From the NCBI GenBank assembly GCA_050084985.1, contig JBITNC010000001.1, positions 130,262,001 through 130,326,000 of the forward strand: 64,000 bases of DNA. Reading direction: 5' to 3'. Numbering within the stretch: the first letter of the stretch is position 1; the number at the start of each line of letters is the position of its first letter. Under the pieces are notes generated by a model that did not search any database, was not told the DNA's origin, and saw only the letters and a program-made list of their open reading frames with translations. Positions 11,101 to 25,553 of the stretch are shown here, in pieces. The DNA comes from Nageia nagi. Lineage: Eukaryota > Plantae > Pinophyta. Position numbers and translations under genes: made by a program.

Positions 11101-13229
11101 GGATACAAAATGACAAGACTGAGTTTAAGTCTAGATGGGAAGTATATTGCATACCATCCTTTTTTGCCTCCTCCTTATTTGATTACTAGAACTAATTATA
11201 TGGTCTTATGGACTAAAGTTACATATCTTATGCAGGGTTGGGGAACATTGATGTTTCTCCAATCAAGTTAGACCCCTAATCAAAGGTAAAATTGTTATTA
11301 CTTATGCTTAAAATCTATTAATCCTACAAAAATAATTTAAAAAAATAAAATTTAGTATTGTAAAATGGAATAAGCATTACAAATTCATGTAAATGTGAAT
11401 GTGGATATGTGCTTTTGAATAATGAAGGCCCTTATATAAAACCTAAACTATGTTCTAAAGCCTAACCTAGATTTAATCTAACTTAACACTACCTTATGCC
11501 TAAACTAAATGCTACCCTAGTGAATTGAATACTTTGGAAATCATTTTCAAACCTTAGAATGGGAGATGAATTGACTCATGAGGGTGATAGGATTGAAGTA
11601 AATGGAGAAACACCACATATCCTATGAATCATTGTCAATGAGGAATGTTGGTTTGGAAAACCTAAAAGAGCATTCTCTTGTGTTTTGCTTTTCCTTTGAT
11701 ATTATCAAGGGATTTTAGGGAGGAATGTTATGTGAAGATTTTTGTTGCTCCTTAATCTCTCATGATGACTGGAGGTGATGTTGAAAATGTACCTTTATAT
11801 TATGTGTATGTGGGAGTGTTATTCGGTGTAGCTCTTTCCATCATGGTATTGTTTAGGGTTTTAGAAGAAATGATTTCTTCTCTTATACTACATTTTTTAT
11901 TGGGCTTTAACTAGTTCATGGTAATCCCTCAAATGGAGGAAACTTTTGGGAAAAAATGGGTAATGGAATCTCTATTAGTATTTGTCTTTCTAGGGTAAAT
12001 ATGTTTATAATTAATGAAGCTTGATTGATAACTATATAATTGATTTTTGAACTGGAGTTTTAGACTCTTGATGGGGTTTTATTTTTACTATGGCTTCCAT
12101 GATAGAATTTGGGATTTTCTTTCACCTTGGCTTTTGACTAGTTTTGGATAGACCACCAAGTAAGTAGCATTTTATGTGTACCCTTGTTAACTATGACTAT
12201 TAGTAGTTTACAGTTTAAACTTTGTAGCATTCAAAATGGTAAAAAGCATATATCCAGTATTTTGGGTGAAATCATACATGCATTATTTAAATTAATTTTT
12301 GTATAAAAAGGATTGTGGCATTAGTTGTTATACCCTTAACAGGAATATATTTTTATTCTAGCATAAATAGCATGCATAGAAAGTTTACTATTCATTTTGC
12401 ATAAAAATATGTATGTTTCATATTTGAGCATGAAGGGTTTATGTTATTACATTGCATTTGGAAAGCATGGTTCTTCAATATGTTATATATATAAATAAAA
12501 ATATGCCTTATATTTAATATTAAGATAAGAAAGCCTAAACCTAAGTTATTAACTTTTGGGTTTCGATTTGGGATCGAATGTGAGGTTACCTATGAGACCA
12601 CTTTCTAGAAAATAAGTAATAAAATAAAAACTTATAGAGTATAATAGTTACAAATGTTATTATTAAATGTAATGTAATTATCAATAAATAAACTATTATT
12701 ACATAATTATATGCAAATTGAATTATGTCTAACAATATGATTAGGCACAGGTTGAGCATCAAAATCTTCTTGTTGGGATTTTTTTAATATGAGAACCAAC
12801 AAGTAAATTTGATATTAATCGAAAAACAAAATCGAGTTTTGAAAGGACCTCAAACACCTTTTAAAAAAACATCATAGAGTTGAATCATTTTCCTATATCA
12901 TACACAAATAGAGTGAAATAGGTCTCTATAAAATATAAGCCATACAAAAAAAACATAGCATAAGCTAATGATCTTTGCATAGTAACAATATAAGTTCTGG
13001 TCCATCAGCTAATCAAAAGAGAGTAAAACAAAGCATTGTGTACAAACTATATCTATCTTCTTATTAAAATAAATATAGAGTATTTCATGCATAATAGTAA
13101 AATTATACTCATTTTGAGTGTCCTTTAGAAGAAAACAAATAAAAAACTTGATCCTAATGTTGTATAGTATCCATGAAGATAAAGAAAACATGGTTACCCC
13201 TAACTATTTCCCTCACTATCAGGTCTGAA

Positions 13230-14968
13230 CTTCTAAAGAGGCTTTACTTTGAAATAAAATATTGTATTATATTATGGTCCTATGGATGTTCAAACCTCAA
13301 TGAAGTCATCATGCTAATAATCCTGAAGCTTTACCTCATTTAGTTCAATGTAATCCTCATCCCACTACAACTTTAGCTTTTGATGATTGTACTTGTAGAA
13401 CTTCTTATGTATCTTCCTCCAAGTTTTTGCTTTTTGAATCAAGCTATGTTTCTAGTTTTTAGATCCTTGCATAGATTCATAGATAGGAATGGTTTCAAAA
13501 AACACACTGGGATTCCCCTAGCATCTTTTTGCTTCAAGTAACATTACATTATGGAAATGGATATTTTGGAGTATACAGATTAGTTGTACTTTATATTTTT
13601 TGTACTTGGTAGGCTTAAGATACCTTCTAATTATAGAAAATACCATAATCTAAAGGTTACAAGGATCATGTTTAGTACTTTGATTAGGATAATATGAGGG
13701 GGGTTCTATAGTGTTAATCATGGAAGGGGGATTCTCTATATTCCACTCATGGGAAGGTTTTTCAGTGCTAGTTTTGGCACTTTCCTTCTCCATTTTTTTG
13801 GACAAAGTGGGCTTCTCATTTCCTCTTCCTTTCATAAGTACATTAAAAGAATGGAATTATTTTATATTTGTCATCAATTTTAGTAATCTCAAAAATGACA
13901 AGATTCTCGTTTGTATGAGTAGAGCTACATTCCTCCTTAGGTGGACTATCATAGATAAAGATAGTTTCAAGTTATAGCTTACCTTTGGCTTTATCCGCTT
14001 GAGTCATTGAATGCCTCCTCCTCCTCATGGGGGTAAGAAACCCTTCTACTACATTTTGTTCATTATCACCTAGCCATTGTCTATTCTTTAGATAAGGCTA
14101 TTCCTATACAGTTTGATCCAAATATTCTTCAATAATTATTTTTAGAGTTTGCCCAATTAACCTTCTTCACCTTTTGAATCTAATTGGGCCTTCTTCATCT
14201 TCATCCTCACCCTCTACAAAATTTTGATCTTGCATATTTTTCCTAATTTCAGCATAGTTCCATTATTCATCATCATTCCAAACTAGGTTCTCTTGGTATT
14301 TTTCCTCATCAACCCTCCTACCATTCCTTCACAACCTTCTTGCTTAGGCTTGTGTATTCCTAGGTTGGGGTTGCCTTTGAGGAAAATTTGCAAGTTGATA
14401 TTGATAGAACAATAACATGATCATCTAGTGCAAGGGTCGTGACTGAGACTACCATTGAGAATTAAATTAAATTCACAAATTTAACCTACTCTCTATAAGG
14501 TTTGAAGTGATTGATCAGAATGATGTGGGTACCAAATACTTCTATGTGTCGCCCATCCAAGGTTATATATTTCACTAGCACTTTTCACTCTTTATACCAT
14601 GGGTAGGGAAAACATCTTCTATAATACCATGTTCTATATTTTTCCAAATGAATTCACCCCCCTTTGAATTTATAAACCTCCTCAATCTTACTTTCCTTTG
14701 AATTTTGAATCACCTCCTTGCATCTATTTAGGAGGCTTGTAGCTTTTGAAATAGCTGATTCACTAAAGTGAATTTTCCTTCCATGAATTTTACAAATGCT
14801 ATTCTACCATGTATTCACTACATAGTCCATCAATCTCTAATCAAATCCAACTCTACATGCTTCAATAAACCTATCCAGACCTCCTCTACATAAAATTCTC
14901 CAAACATTGGGGTCCTTTTTTACTTTACCTGGATTACTTGGCTCTATGAATACCAATGGCCCTCCCAT
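13230..14968 (-). pseudogene. Decayed ORF3 of LINE A; accessory protein of unknown function (3' limit approximate)
   Basis: Hand translation from ATG 14968: MGGPLVFIEPSNPGKVKKDPNVWRILCRGGLDRFIEACRVGFD*RLMDYVVNTW*NSICKIHGRKIHFSESAISKATSL…CFPYPWYKE*KVLVKYITLDGRHIEVFGTHIILINHFKPYRE*VKFVNLI, then acidic/low-complexity and coiled-coil-like sequence. Aligns to 48298-48790. Confidence 0.75.
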
Positions 14969-15239
14969 TTTCCTTTGGTTTGATACTATTCTAGTGGTAA
15001 GGTGTGGTAATTATTCCACTTAAACTAAATTTTAATGGTAATCCTTTACTTTATGATGACCTCATACTCAAGTTCATCATTAATATGAAAGGTGGCATGA
15101 TATCATTGTCTTTTCATTTTTATGAATATGTACTCTCTATTGGTTATCCTTCTTATTATGTAGACATCACACCTATTAGAGAGGCCTTCCACCTTGACTC
15201 CCTCACCCTTGCCATTTTGGTATTTTTTAATAATTTAAT

Positions 15240-18200
15240 TTAAAAAAGAATTTAAAGCTGATGGTACTTTCTTATCATCAAAGTACACCATCATATTTTC
15301 TGCTAATCTAAGAGCCATAATTTTGAAGACTTCCTGCACTTTATTTTATTTGTTTTCCAACACTTGATTATTCTTCTACTTCCATATTTGCCACCACATA
15401 TGACCAATAAACATTATCTATCATTTATAGTACCCTTTGGTTTTCTCCCAAGGTGCCCATTATTCTATGCATTGTTTAACATCCCTTGGTAATATCCATT
15501 GTATCTTCATTTTTTTGTATATCATACCCCAAATGTTTGTTGTATACTCATAATGTAAAAAAATGTGCTCTATACTCTCTTTTGCACAACACACATTTGT
15601 TAACCATACTGAAACCTCTTATTTGTAAATTATTTATTGTTAATAGTCTTTTCTTATTGACAAGCCAAAGAAAGAAGGCAATCCTGGATATTAACTTTGC
15701 TTTCCAAATATTCTTCCATATTTTGGTCCCCTTTATTATTCTAGAAATGCTACTTAGAGCTATGAATACCTCTTTAACCCTATATTGTCCATTAGGCATT
15801 AGTTTCTATATTGGTTTCCCTTTTTGACTATTGAGCTTGATATTAGAATAATTGAGTTCCTTTTGTAACTGCTTTAGCTATTTTACTATTCTACCTCTAA
15901 TTAGCCTGTGAATCTACCAACTATTAGTATCCTTCTTAAAATAATTATCAATTGTGCTCCCTTGATATTTTAATCCCATTTAGTTTCTTATTTATAATCA
16001 TTTATTTTAATTAGTGGTTCTTCCTTCAACCATGCATATTACCACATGCATACTTACTCTCCATTTCTTGGGTTCCATATAGTTTCCTCTTGAATCTTGA
16101 ACCTTGGCACTATTATACCATTCCAAAATGGAAAACCATATAGTGGATCCTGAATTCTCAAGATGTAATTTTGGACCATCATATATCTCTCCTTACATGT
16201 ATGGACCCACTCCTTCTCTTCATTTTGAGATATCTACCAAACTAGTTTTCTTGTCAAGGCTTGACCCACTTGCTTTGTTTTCCTCAACCTCAATCCTCCC
16301 TGATCTTTTTCCATAAAAAAAAAATTCCAACTAACAAGGTTGATTTTCCTCTTTTCTAAATCTCCTAACCATAAAAATTTATTACAAATTTTATCTATCT
16401 TATCACTAATAGTTATTGGTAATTTAAAAGCCATTGCACTATAAATAAGTATGCTTTAAAGAATAGATTTGATGAGGACAAGTTTACTTGCATAGCTTAG
16501 AAATTTTTCCTTCCAACTTGTGAGTTTATTTTGGATTTTTTGAACTAAGACATCCCAATATTGAGATTTGAGTCTCATAATAAAAAGGGAAATTCCTAAA
16601 TATCTAGTTGGAAACTCATCAATCTTGCACCCCCATATCTTAGGAAACTTTTTTTATTAGCTTCAAAATAGTTTAGAAAGTAAATTTTAATCTTCTATAA
16701 ATTTGTTTTTTGGTGTGAATCATTTTCATACATATTCAGAACCTTCTTAAATTGAATTACCTCCCTCCTTTCAGCTTTACTTAAAAAGATAGTATCATCC
16801 ACAAATTGATGATGAGTTGTGGTATTATAGTTGGGGGTTGGAATAACCCCTTTCAAGATTTGAGTGTCCCTATACTATTTCAGTTTCCTCCCCAATGCCT
16901 TCACCATTATGATGAACAAATAGGGGGATATTGGTTCTCCTTGCCTAATCCCTCTTTGGGAGTTAAAATAACTTATTGCTTTTCCATTGATGATGATAGA
17001 AAACATAGGTGAAAATATACAATTTGTAGTCCAGTTTCTCCAAACCCAAATTTAGCTAAAACCAAATCCAAAAAAGGCCAACTCACCCTATCATAGGCCT
17101 TTTCCATATCCAACTTTACCACCATAGTCAAATTTTTCTCATTATGCATTGAATGAAAGACCTCATGCATCTAAATAATTTCATTTATAATCTACCTCCC
17201 TTTGAAAAATCCATCTTGCTCTATAGATATGATTTTAGACATTAGTGGTTTTATACTTTTTGCCATTATTTTTGTGATGATTTTATAGATTACATTGCAA
17301 AGACTAACTAGTCTATAGTATTTGAACTCCTTTACTTCTTGTGTCTTAGGGATTAGGTTCAGGAATGCATTATTCCAATTTTTCAAGAATTTTCCCTTTT
17401 TTTAAAAAATCTTTTATAGCATACCACACTTTTTTCCCTACAATTTCCCAATATTTTTGAAAAAACCTAGTTGGAAAGCCATCTGGTCCAGGAGCTTTAT
17501 TAGCTTCTATTAGGAAAATTTCCTATTTGATTTCTTCTATAGTTTGTTGTTGTAGTGCTTCATTTTGCTGATCTATTATAATTTTTAGTATATATTTAGT
17601 AATTTTTCCCTTGGATATAGGGTTATTTCTTTGATCCACTATCAGCAAGCCTTTGTAGAATCCCCCTACTTCTTGCTTAATTTCCTTTTCTTATGAAGTT
17701 AAAATGCCATATATTCTTTTAATCTCATTAATATTATTGTAATTTATCTTTTTTATGGTGGTGATTCTAAATAACTTTGTATTTTTATCTCCTTCTTTGA
17801 GCCAGGCCACTCTAGATTTCTATCTCTAGAGTTTCTCCTCTTGCGAAATAGTATTATAGAACTCTGCTAGAAGTAATTTTTCTTCCTTATCTAGCTCACT
17901 TGTCCTTCCTATAATTAGTATTTCATTCTCAATTTTTTTCCAATTTTTCTTTCACATGAATCTTCTTGAAATGCATATTTTTAACAACTTTTCGTTCCAT
18001 ATTTTTATATTTCTTTTGACTTCATCAAGTTTCTTAACTAACCTGTACATGGTTGTTCCCTCAATCTTGATCTTTCACCATTATGTAAGTCTATACTTGA
18101 AGTTTGCATGAGACATCCATATATTTTTAAACCTAAAACAGGACTTTTACTATACTATTTTTTTCCATTTTAAGCTCTATCAATTTGTGATCTGAAGATA

Positions 18201-18875
18201 TTCTTGATAGAGAGTTTAGAATAGTATTGAGGTAATTATCTATCCAGTATTGGGTAACTGCTATCCTATATAATCTTTTTTTTGTATAAAACTCACCCAA
18301 ATATATCTATTGGACCAAGTATATCTATTCCCTCTTAAATAAAGATCAATCAAAGCATTATCATCAAGAAAAATTTTGAATTCTTCCATACTAGTGGTCA
18401 TATTGAGTCTACCTCCATATTTATCCTCTATATTCAATGGAGTATTAAAGTCTCCTCCTATAAGCTAGGGCATATTTGGAAACATTTTCTTCTGGTTTGA
18501 TAAAAATTCCCAAAACTATCTTCTTCTTATTAAAAGGTTGGGTGCATAGATGTTATACATAATGAAACTATATTTTGAGTACTTACATATGATTTTCATA
18601 GATAAACATCTATTGGAGGGGTATTGAATCCTTTTTGCATCAATTTTCATAGGATCCCATAAGATCCAAAGTTCGCCTTCTTTTTCTACTACTATGATAG
18701 CCTCATATTTGGCTTCCCTCCATATCTTTTTTGCTATTTTTTGAATCTTATATTGCTTAACTTTGGTTTCTTGTATTAGTAACATGTCTAGTTTACTATC
18801 TCTCCTCAAGTCTCTAACAATATTTTATTTCTTGAGTAGATTGCATCCCCATATATTCTAGCATATGATGTTCAA
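15240..18875 (-). pseudogene. LINE A ORF2 pseudogene (APE endonuclease, RT, zf-RVT; no RNase H seen)
   Basis: NIIC*NIWG, DMLLIQETK, NIYAPN, KAPGPDGF, NLIPK..YRLVSLCNVIYKIITK, KLDMEKAYDRVSW, FVDDT, IAFFLWLVNKKRLLT..NL…CVLC. Confidence 0.92.
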
Positions 18876-19835
18876 CTTCTTCTTCTTTTAACACCCCTCT
18901 GCTCATGAGTGTTTCTCCCATGTTTTCCTTTTTTCTTCACTGAGTGTGGTCCTCTTTTCCCATCTTTTGCTAGATTTGTTATGATCCTTCTTAATGTAAC
19001 CTATTTTGTATTTTGTAGTGGGGCTTTGGGCATTCCTTTTTATTGTTCTTCTTTTTCCCTTCCACCTCATTTTTGTTTTCCAACTCCTTATTTTCTTTAC
19101 CCTTGTCTTCTTCATCACCAATTTGAAATTAAACATTAAGAAATCTTTTAGAAGTGTTGTCATTTCCACCTCCCCTTTGAGTCTTCATACTATTTTTATC
19201 TATCTCCTTATATTTTTGAGTATTGTCCTTCTTTCCATAAACTTTCCAATAAGAGTATTTTTTTGGATTATAGCATCTCATCATATGCAACATCTAAAAT
19301 AATTATTCTTAACATGACTTTATCAAAATCTACCTTTTGCACCTATATCGGCATGCCCAATTGGATTCCATTTCACATATTCTTTTGAAGTGCTTGGGAA
19401 AAGGATGATGAAGCATATGGACCCCCCTATTGGGAAAATCCATTTTGGATTAAAATTTTATCACATGCAGAGTAAGAAATACTTGTAAGGCCTCCTATGT
19501 GATTATGTCAACCTTCTTACAAGGCCTTCCTACAATATTTTTAGTAAATCCAAGCCACTCCTCCTAGTTGTTCCTGTTACACATATTCTTCTTATTGGTA
19601 TTTATTTTCATCCTTGTAATTTTAAATTACTAGCTCTTATGCAAGATCTTGAGAACCTGGATTTAGTTTAGGAGATACTTTAGTTTTGAAATCTTAAGCT
19701 ATTTAGCTCCTATTACTTCAATTTTAAATGCAATCATGGGAGTATTTAGTTTTAGTTCAATATAGCCTTATATAAAAATTGTCATAGGGAGTTCATTTCA
19801 GATGTAAGCATCTAGTATCTTTTGATTATAATTAT

Positions 19836-20022
19836 AGCCATGGTAGTATAGTTTGAGGATTGTATATATTTACCCCAATTTTATAATAAGTTAACTTAAG
19901 GATCATTTTTTAGAAGGCTCCATACATGTTGTATGTATGGTTATCTTGATCTATGAATACAATTAGTATATTATCTTATTTTTGTGATATTATACCTCTT
20001 GATTATATTCTAAATAATGCAT
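19836..20022 (+). repeat. Left copy of ~187-bp direct duplication flanking LINE B (right copy 25563-25750)
   Basis: agccatggtagtatagtttg…ttatattct..a.aatg.at present on both sides of LINE B but single-copy in the 5' LTR (~5202-5390). Confidence 0.9.
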
Positions 20023-20399
20023 CATTTTTATTTTGGGTAAAAAAAAACTTTGCATTAACTAAAATGGCATATTATTTATCGATATCTCTAATTTTGACAA
20101 TGCTATACAACACAATTTTGAGGGTCAAATCTAACTACTAAGACCAAAAAAGACTCTTACCGATACTCTTACAAGATAACACTACCATGGCATTCTTAAA
20201 ATTCCCTCATGGAAGGTATTGTAATAGTGAATTATTGTGCATTATTTGTGAAAATTGGGATGGTCCCATTACCTGTAATTGGGAAGCTAATCATCATTTC
20301 TAGGTAAAGCTTTGTGGAACTATTTCCTCTTGAGAAGAGGCTGACTAAATATGAACATTATGTCTTATAACATGATCCTCAAGAAGAGTAGTTCACCAT

Positions 20400-23300
20400 G
20401 TCTCCTTGAAGCTTCAAATTTGATGAGGATTTCTTTGAGTATTTCTTAAGGATTCACAAATATGAGCTAGGTGGGTATTGAGTTTATCCAAAATATTTTT
20501 ATTAAATCAATGTGTTCTCCTAAAGATACGATAGTTCCTTTCCATCCATATGCACCACATGAGCATAGCTAGCTAAGCTCCCTATAGTACCAAAGGGATC
20601 TCATGAGAGGTTGGATGAAACCATGCATAGATTAGATCACCAACTATTTGTGGGAGAAACCATTGTAATCTAAAGATAGAGAATAAGTGATTCCAAAGGT
20701 TGGAAGCAAAAGCATAATGGAGAAGAAGATGTTATCCTATTTTAGGTGAATCCCCACAACAAACACACATTGATATCTCTAACCATACCCTTAAAAATAA
20801 TTGTTCTCCTAATAGGATTTTATCATGAATGAAATCCCACAAGGAAAACTTTGCCTTGGCCAGGCTTTGGATGACTAGAAATTATACCATAGAACCATGA
20901 GGGAGCTATTTTGGAGAAACCTTTGAATGCTGAGAAAACTAAGTACACCCTTGATGGGGTTAGTTTCCAAGCAAGGTGATCTATTCTATCAAGCTTAAGC
21001 TTATAGAGTCATAGTTGGGAATCTAAATCTTTATGTTGATTAACTAATTCAAGAGGAATAGGGTTCAACATGCACCATGATTTTTTCCTTTTTCTACCAG
21101 CATCTAACCAAGACCAATAATCTTTACTATCTCTACCCATAAAACTATTAAGTATGTCTATATATTGGAAAGCTTATTTAAATGTGAAAGGGGACTAACA
21201 AAAAAATAATGATCATGCTAAAAGATGACTTTATCATCCATTACTACATTCCATTTCAAGTGGTGGGTAACTAGGGGGCATACCTTGTTTAGATTATTCC
21301 ATATCATAGATACCAAAGGGTTGTATCTCATTGTAATTATTTATTCAACATGATCACTACCTAAGTATTTTAATATGATCGCCTTACTTCATAATGAATT
21401 ATGATTAAAGTATATCTACCATATAATTTTCCCTAGCAATGCTTTATTCATTATACAAATTTTTCTAATGCCAATTCCACCTTGAGTGAGCTCTAAGCAT
21501 ACAAAATCCAAGGAAATTAGATGAAATTTCATAGCTTTAGAGTTTCCTTTCCATAAGAAATATCTCATTAAGTTCTTAATCTATAGTAATATTTTAGAGT
21601 GTATATAGAATACTCCCATTTAAAAGATAGGTAAAGCACTGAGGATGGATTTGATCCTTATCAACTAACCTATAGAGGATAACAACTTTGCTTTCCAAGT
21701 CTCAAGCTTTGAAAAGAATCTAGCTTTTATAGTCTCCCAAAAATTTCCAATGTTACCACCTTATAATAGGGGAAATACCAAATATGTACTACGAAGGATA
21801 TCTATGGTCATTCTAGTTAGTCAAGATAACAACCTTAGTAGAAGGTCAAGGATATTAAGGTCATACAATTTGGATTTGTTATAGTTCATAATCTAACATG
21901 AAGCTAACTCATAGGCATTGAGAAGGTTTTTAACTATATGGATTTCCTAGATTGAATGGTAAATAACTAACAAAGTATCATCAAGGAATTGAGAGTGGAT
22001 CATCAATTGGAAGAGAGTGTTTATTTGCAAACCATTGATTCTATTAGTAGTTTGAAGGTGTCTCATCCCTTTTCTTAGTGCCTCTACTACTATGATGAAC
22101 ATATATGGAAAGAGTAGATCTCCCTGCCTCAACTCCCTTAAACTTTTGAAGAATCCTCTCGCACAACCATTAATAAGGACTAAAAAGTATGGACCATTAA
22201 TAAAAGGTAAGATCCATTGAATCCATCCTACATTAAATCCAAACTTCTCTAATATTCAAAATAAAATACCTAATTTATATAGTCAAAGGATTTCTTCATA
22301 TCCAATTTTATCAGTAGCCCCTTGCTCTTATGAGTACCTAGTTAGTGGATTAGCTCATGAATGAGTATGAAACTATCCATCAATTGTCTACCCTTTACAA
22401 AATCCTTTTGTTCATCTAATATTAAGCTTGTAATCACTCACTTTAATCTATTTGCATCCACCTTGTAGATGATTTTATAGATGTAGTTACAAATAAATAA
22501 AGGATGAAAAACACCTATGGACCTAACATCTGCTAATTTTATGATTAAAGTAAGAAAAGCTTGATTTATACTACCAAGTAATTTTTTAGATTCAAAAGCC
22601 TCTCTTACCACATCTATTACTTCATATTTATGCATGTACCAAAAATGTTGATAACATCTAGGAAGGAAACCATTTGGTCCTAGAGCTCTATAGCTTTTCA
22701 TTTATGACACAACAATGTACACATCCTCCTCTAAGATATGTTTGATAAGCATTTAATTTTGGTTTGGGGTAATGAGAGTTAGTATGAGTTCCAAAAAATA
22801 TTCTTGAAATTTTTTCCTATATTGATATTCCTATCTTAATAAATATTTGAAGAAGGAAATAATATGGTTATCTAATTCATCTAGAGAAGTGAGAGATTAA
22901 CCTTTAGCAATGACTAATTTGATGATTCTATTTATGGACCTATGATCCATGGTTGATGATGTATGTAAATATTTGGTGTTACATTCCCCCTCCTATAGCC
23001 ATTGTATTCTTGATTAAAGTGCTTCCAAACATTTCCTCTATGAGACAAGCTTATTCAATTATTGAAGGAGAACCTTTTCTTACTCTAAAAGGGGGATGTT
23101 CTATTCATATTGGAGTTGAATTTTGACCAATTATGATTCATGTTCTAACACATCCCTTATCTTTAATACATTTTTAAATGATATTTTGTTCCATTATTTC
23201 AACTTATTTTTCATCTTTCCTATTTTGTGTGTAAATCTATACACATAAGTCCCTTAAATATGAGATTCCTCTTGCCACTAGCCTTCAACTAATGCTGAAA

Positions 23301-24073
23301 AAGAGTCATTTTGAAGACACTTCCTTTTAAATATAAATTGAGAACCTTTATTTCTTTCATATAGTTCTATAGCAACCTGAATTGGCCAATGATCATATCC
23401 TTCAACTAGTAAAATTTCATATTAGATAAAGGATCCCCAGTTTGATCTAATGACATGTAAAAAGGAATCGATCTAGTTTTTTAAGCACTTTGTATTACTT
23501 AGGTTGCTTGTTAGTCCATGGGAAGAAACCAAATTTGTAAAATGCTTCTAGTATTTTATTTGAAGAAAAAAATTCATTGAACTCCTCATAGCTTTTCTAT
23601 AGTTTCTAGGTCCCTCCCTATTTCTCCTCCAAGCTACATATAGAATTGTGATTCCCACCCATAATACTTAGAAGTTTTGAATGGAAAACTAACTAAGATG
23701 ATATTTATTCCCAATATTCCTTATTATGTTGTAGCTCATAAGGATCATAAATTTTTATTAAGCCAAATTAGAATCCTTTATCTGGCATTCTTACTATCAT
23801 AGCCATCTAGGATTCATTAACAACCTCTAGAGTGTAAGATATTTTAGAGTTATCCCAGATAATAGCATGGCCCCCTAATTAGCCATTTGCATCTCTTGTT
23901 AGTACAAATTTTTTTGGCTAGAACCATTTCTTGAGTTTAAATACCTCTATATCTGATGCTTTGGACTCTTGGATGAAAACAACTATGGGATTCTCAATGT
24001 AGAGATGAGAATTTACCATTCTTATCCTATCAGGGGAATGGATACCTCAAGTGTTCTATGATGTGAGGATCAT
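20400..24073 (-). pseudogene. LINE B ORF2 pseudogene (EN-RT-zf-RVT)
   Basis: Motifs in ORF fragments 22438..22701 and 21947..22132 plus hand translation. Confidence 0.88.
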
Positions 24074-24074
24074 T

Positions 24075-25553
24075 AAGGTACCTTGGCCTTATTGGGATTT
24101 AATTACACCTCATGTTGATATTGAGAACTATCATATATTCCTTATCAATCTACCTATTGAAGTTTTTAGAATGGATGTTTGAACTCACCTCTTCTGAGCT
24201 CCTATATTAATAGTTTTTATTTTGCTATCTGATTGCCTAATTGAATTGATCTTAGAGGACTATTTGGAGAGGGACCATATTCTATCATGAATGGAGCTAT
24301 TTTCAACTAGTTATGAATGTGACTCTTTGGGGGAAATTTCATCCATGTTTACATACATCTATTGCAACACCATCTCTTATTGTGGATTGACATTCAAAGT
24401 AATTTCTTCTATGTTATCCATAGGGTGTGTTGGGGAATTTAGTGCTAGGGATTCCTAATTATTCATTTGATCAACTATTTTTGCTTCCTATTATAATGTA
24501 GCTATCTCTTCCTTAAGGTTCTCTATGGGTTATAGGATTTGGAAATGATTTTCCATAATGATTATTATGTTCGATGTTAGAGTTAGCTTAGGAGATAGGT
24601 GTACTACCTATGAGTTTTGTGAGGGATTACCTTAACATGTGGGGATATCTTTGGCTAAAGGTAGTTTGAATTCGGTAGGAGGGGTTGGGCATTTCTCATG
24701 TTGTCCTTTACATTTGGAAGCTTGGAAATTATCATTTGGTGATTCATTTTCTAGGGTGATGGGAATAATGAGTAGGAAACTATTTACAAGGTGGCCATAT
24801 TATAAATATATCCAATACTTAAATGGGATTTTTTCATTATTTAGTTGCTACTCCTAAATGAATCCATGATCTAGTAAGGAGATACTAACCTACACTAGAA
24901 GGGGGGCCTCTAAGTCAATGTATACATAGATTCTAACAAATGACATGGCTTGCCTCTAGGGTTCAATGAGAGGAGCATAAATACACTCTAAATTTGGTAT
25001 CTATGACTTTGAAGATTTCCTCATTATAAAGCTCCAAAGGTAAGTTAGGGAGGCAAACCCATACTAGTGCTTCTATGGCATTTCCTACCTTTGGATTGAA
25101 GATTATATGCGAAGGATTCATAAGCAAACTATCTCTCCCTAAAAACTAAGGACCATTATGAAAGATTGCATATTTTTGCTCCTCAGTGGTGAAGGTTACC
25201 AAAAAGTGTTCATGTAAATAGTGGCTAATGGAGATTTCACCTTTGGTCAACCATGTTTTAGCAACCCATACCTCTATGGAATTTGGGTGAATGTAGAATA
25301 CTAAGAATCAAAAAATAATCCCATGATATATGATGTATTCAATGCCATGAATGATCATTTCACTTTGAATTTCCACCATTAGCATCCCTTCTCTACCTCA
25401 CAGACATCCAATTTCATTCTTGATGGGATCTTGTACTATCATGTGTATATTTTTGTAGCATAAATGTGCCCCTTTAACACAATGAAGATTCATGCATTTG
25501 TTCCAAATAATATCATGAAAAGAAGGCTTCATTTGATGATCATGGTAATCCAT
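24075..25553 (-). pseudogene. LINE B ORF1 pseudogene (DUF4283 / zinc-knuckle type)
   Basis: WLTKGEISI…FLVTF…NGP*FF, FNP…VCLPNLPLEL, FVRIYVYIDL; position directly upstream of ORF2. Confidence 0.75.

Larger units (their letters stand above)
12782..19586 (-). mobile_element. L1-clade LINE A (5'-truncated within ORF1) with ORF2 and an extra downstream ORF3
   Basis: 17-bp TSD TCTTCTTGTTGGGATTT (12765-12781) / TCTTCTTATTGGTATTT (19587-19603). T-run at the 3' end. EN, RT and zf-RVT motifs on the minus strand. Confidence 0.92.

Noticed and set aside
12782-15000. ORF3 region as a separate nested LTR-element fragment or one-off 3' transduction
   Set aside because: No LTR, PBS or TSD around it; it lies inside the LINE's TSD in the same orientation, and a homolog occupies the same position in LINE C. 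Not fully excluded without family data.
15004-15243. KLNFNG resembling a LINE RNase H motif
   Set aside because: Wrong strand for LINE A and no further RNase H motifs follow.
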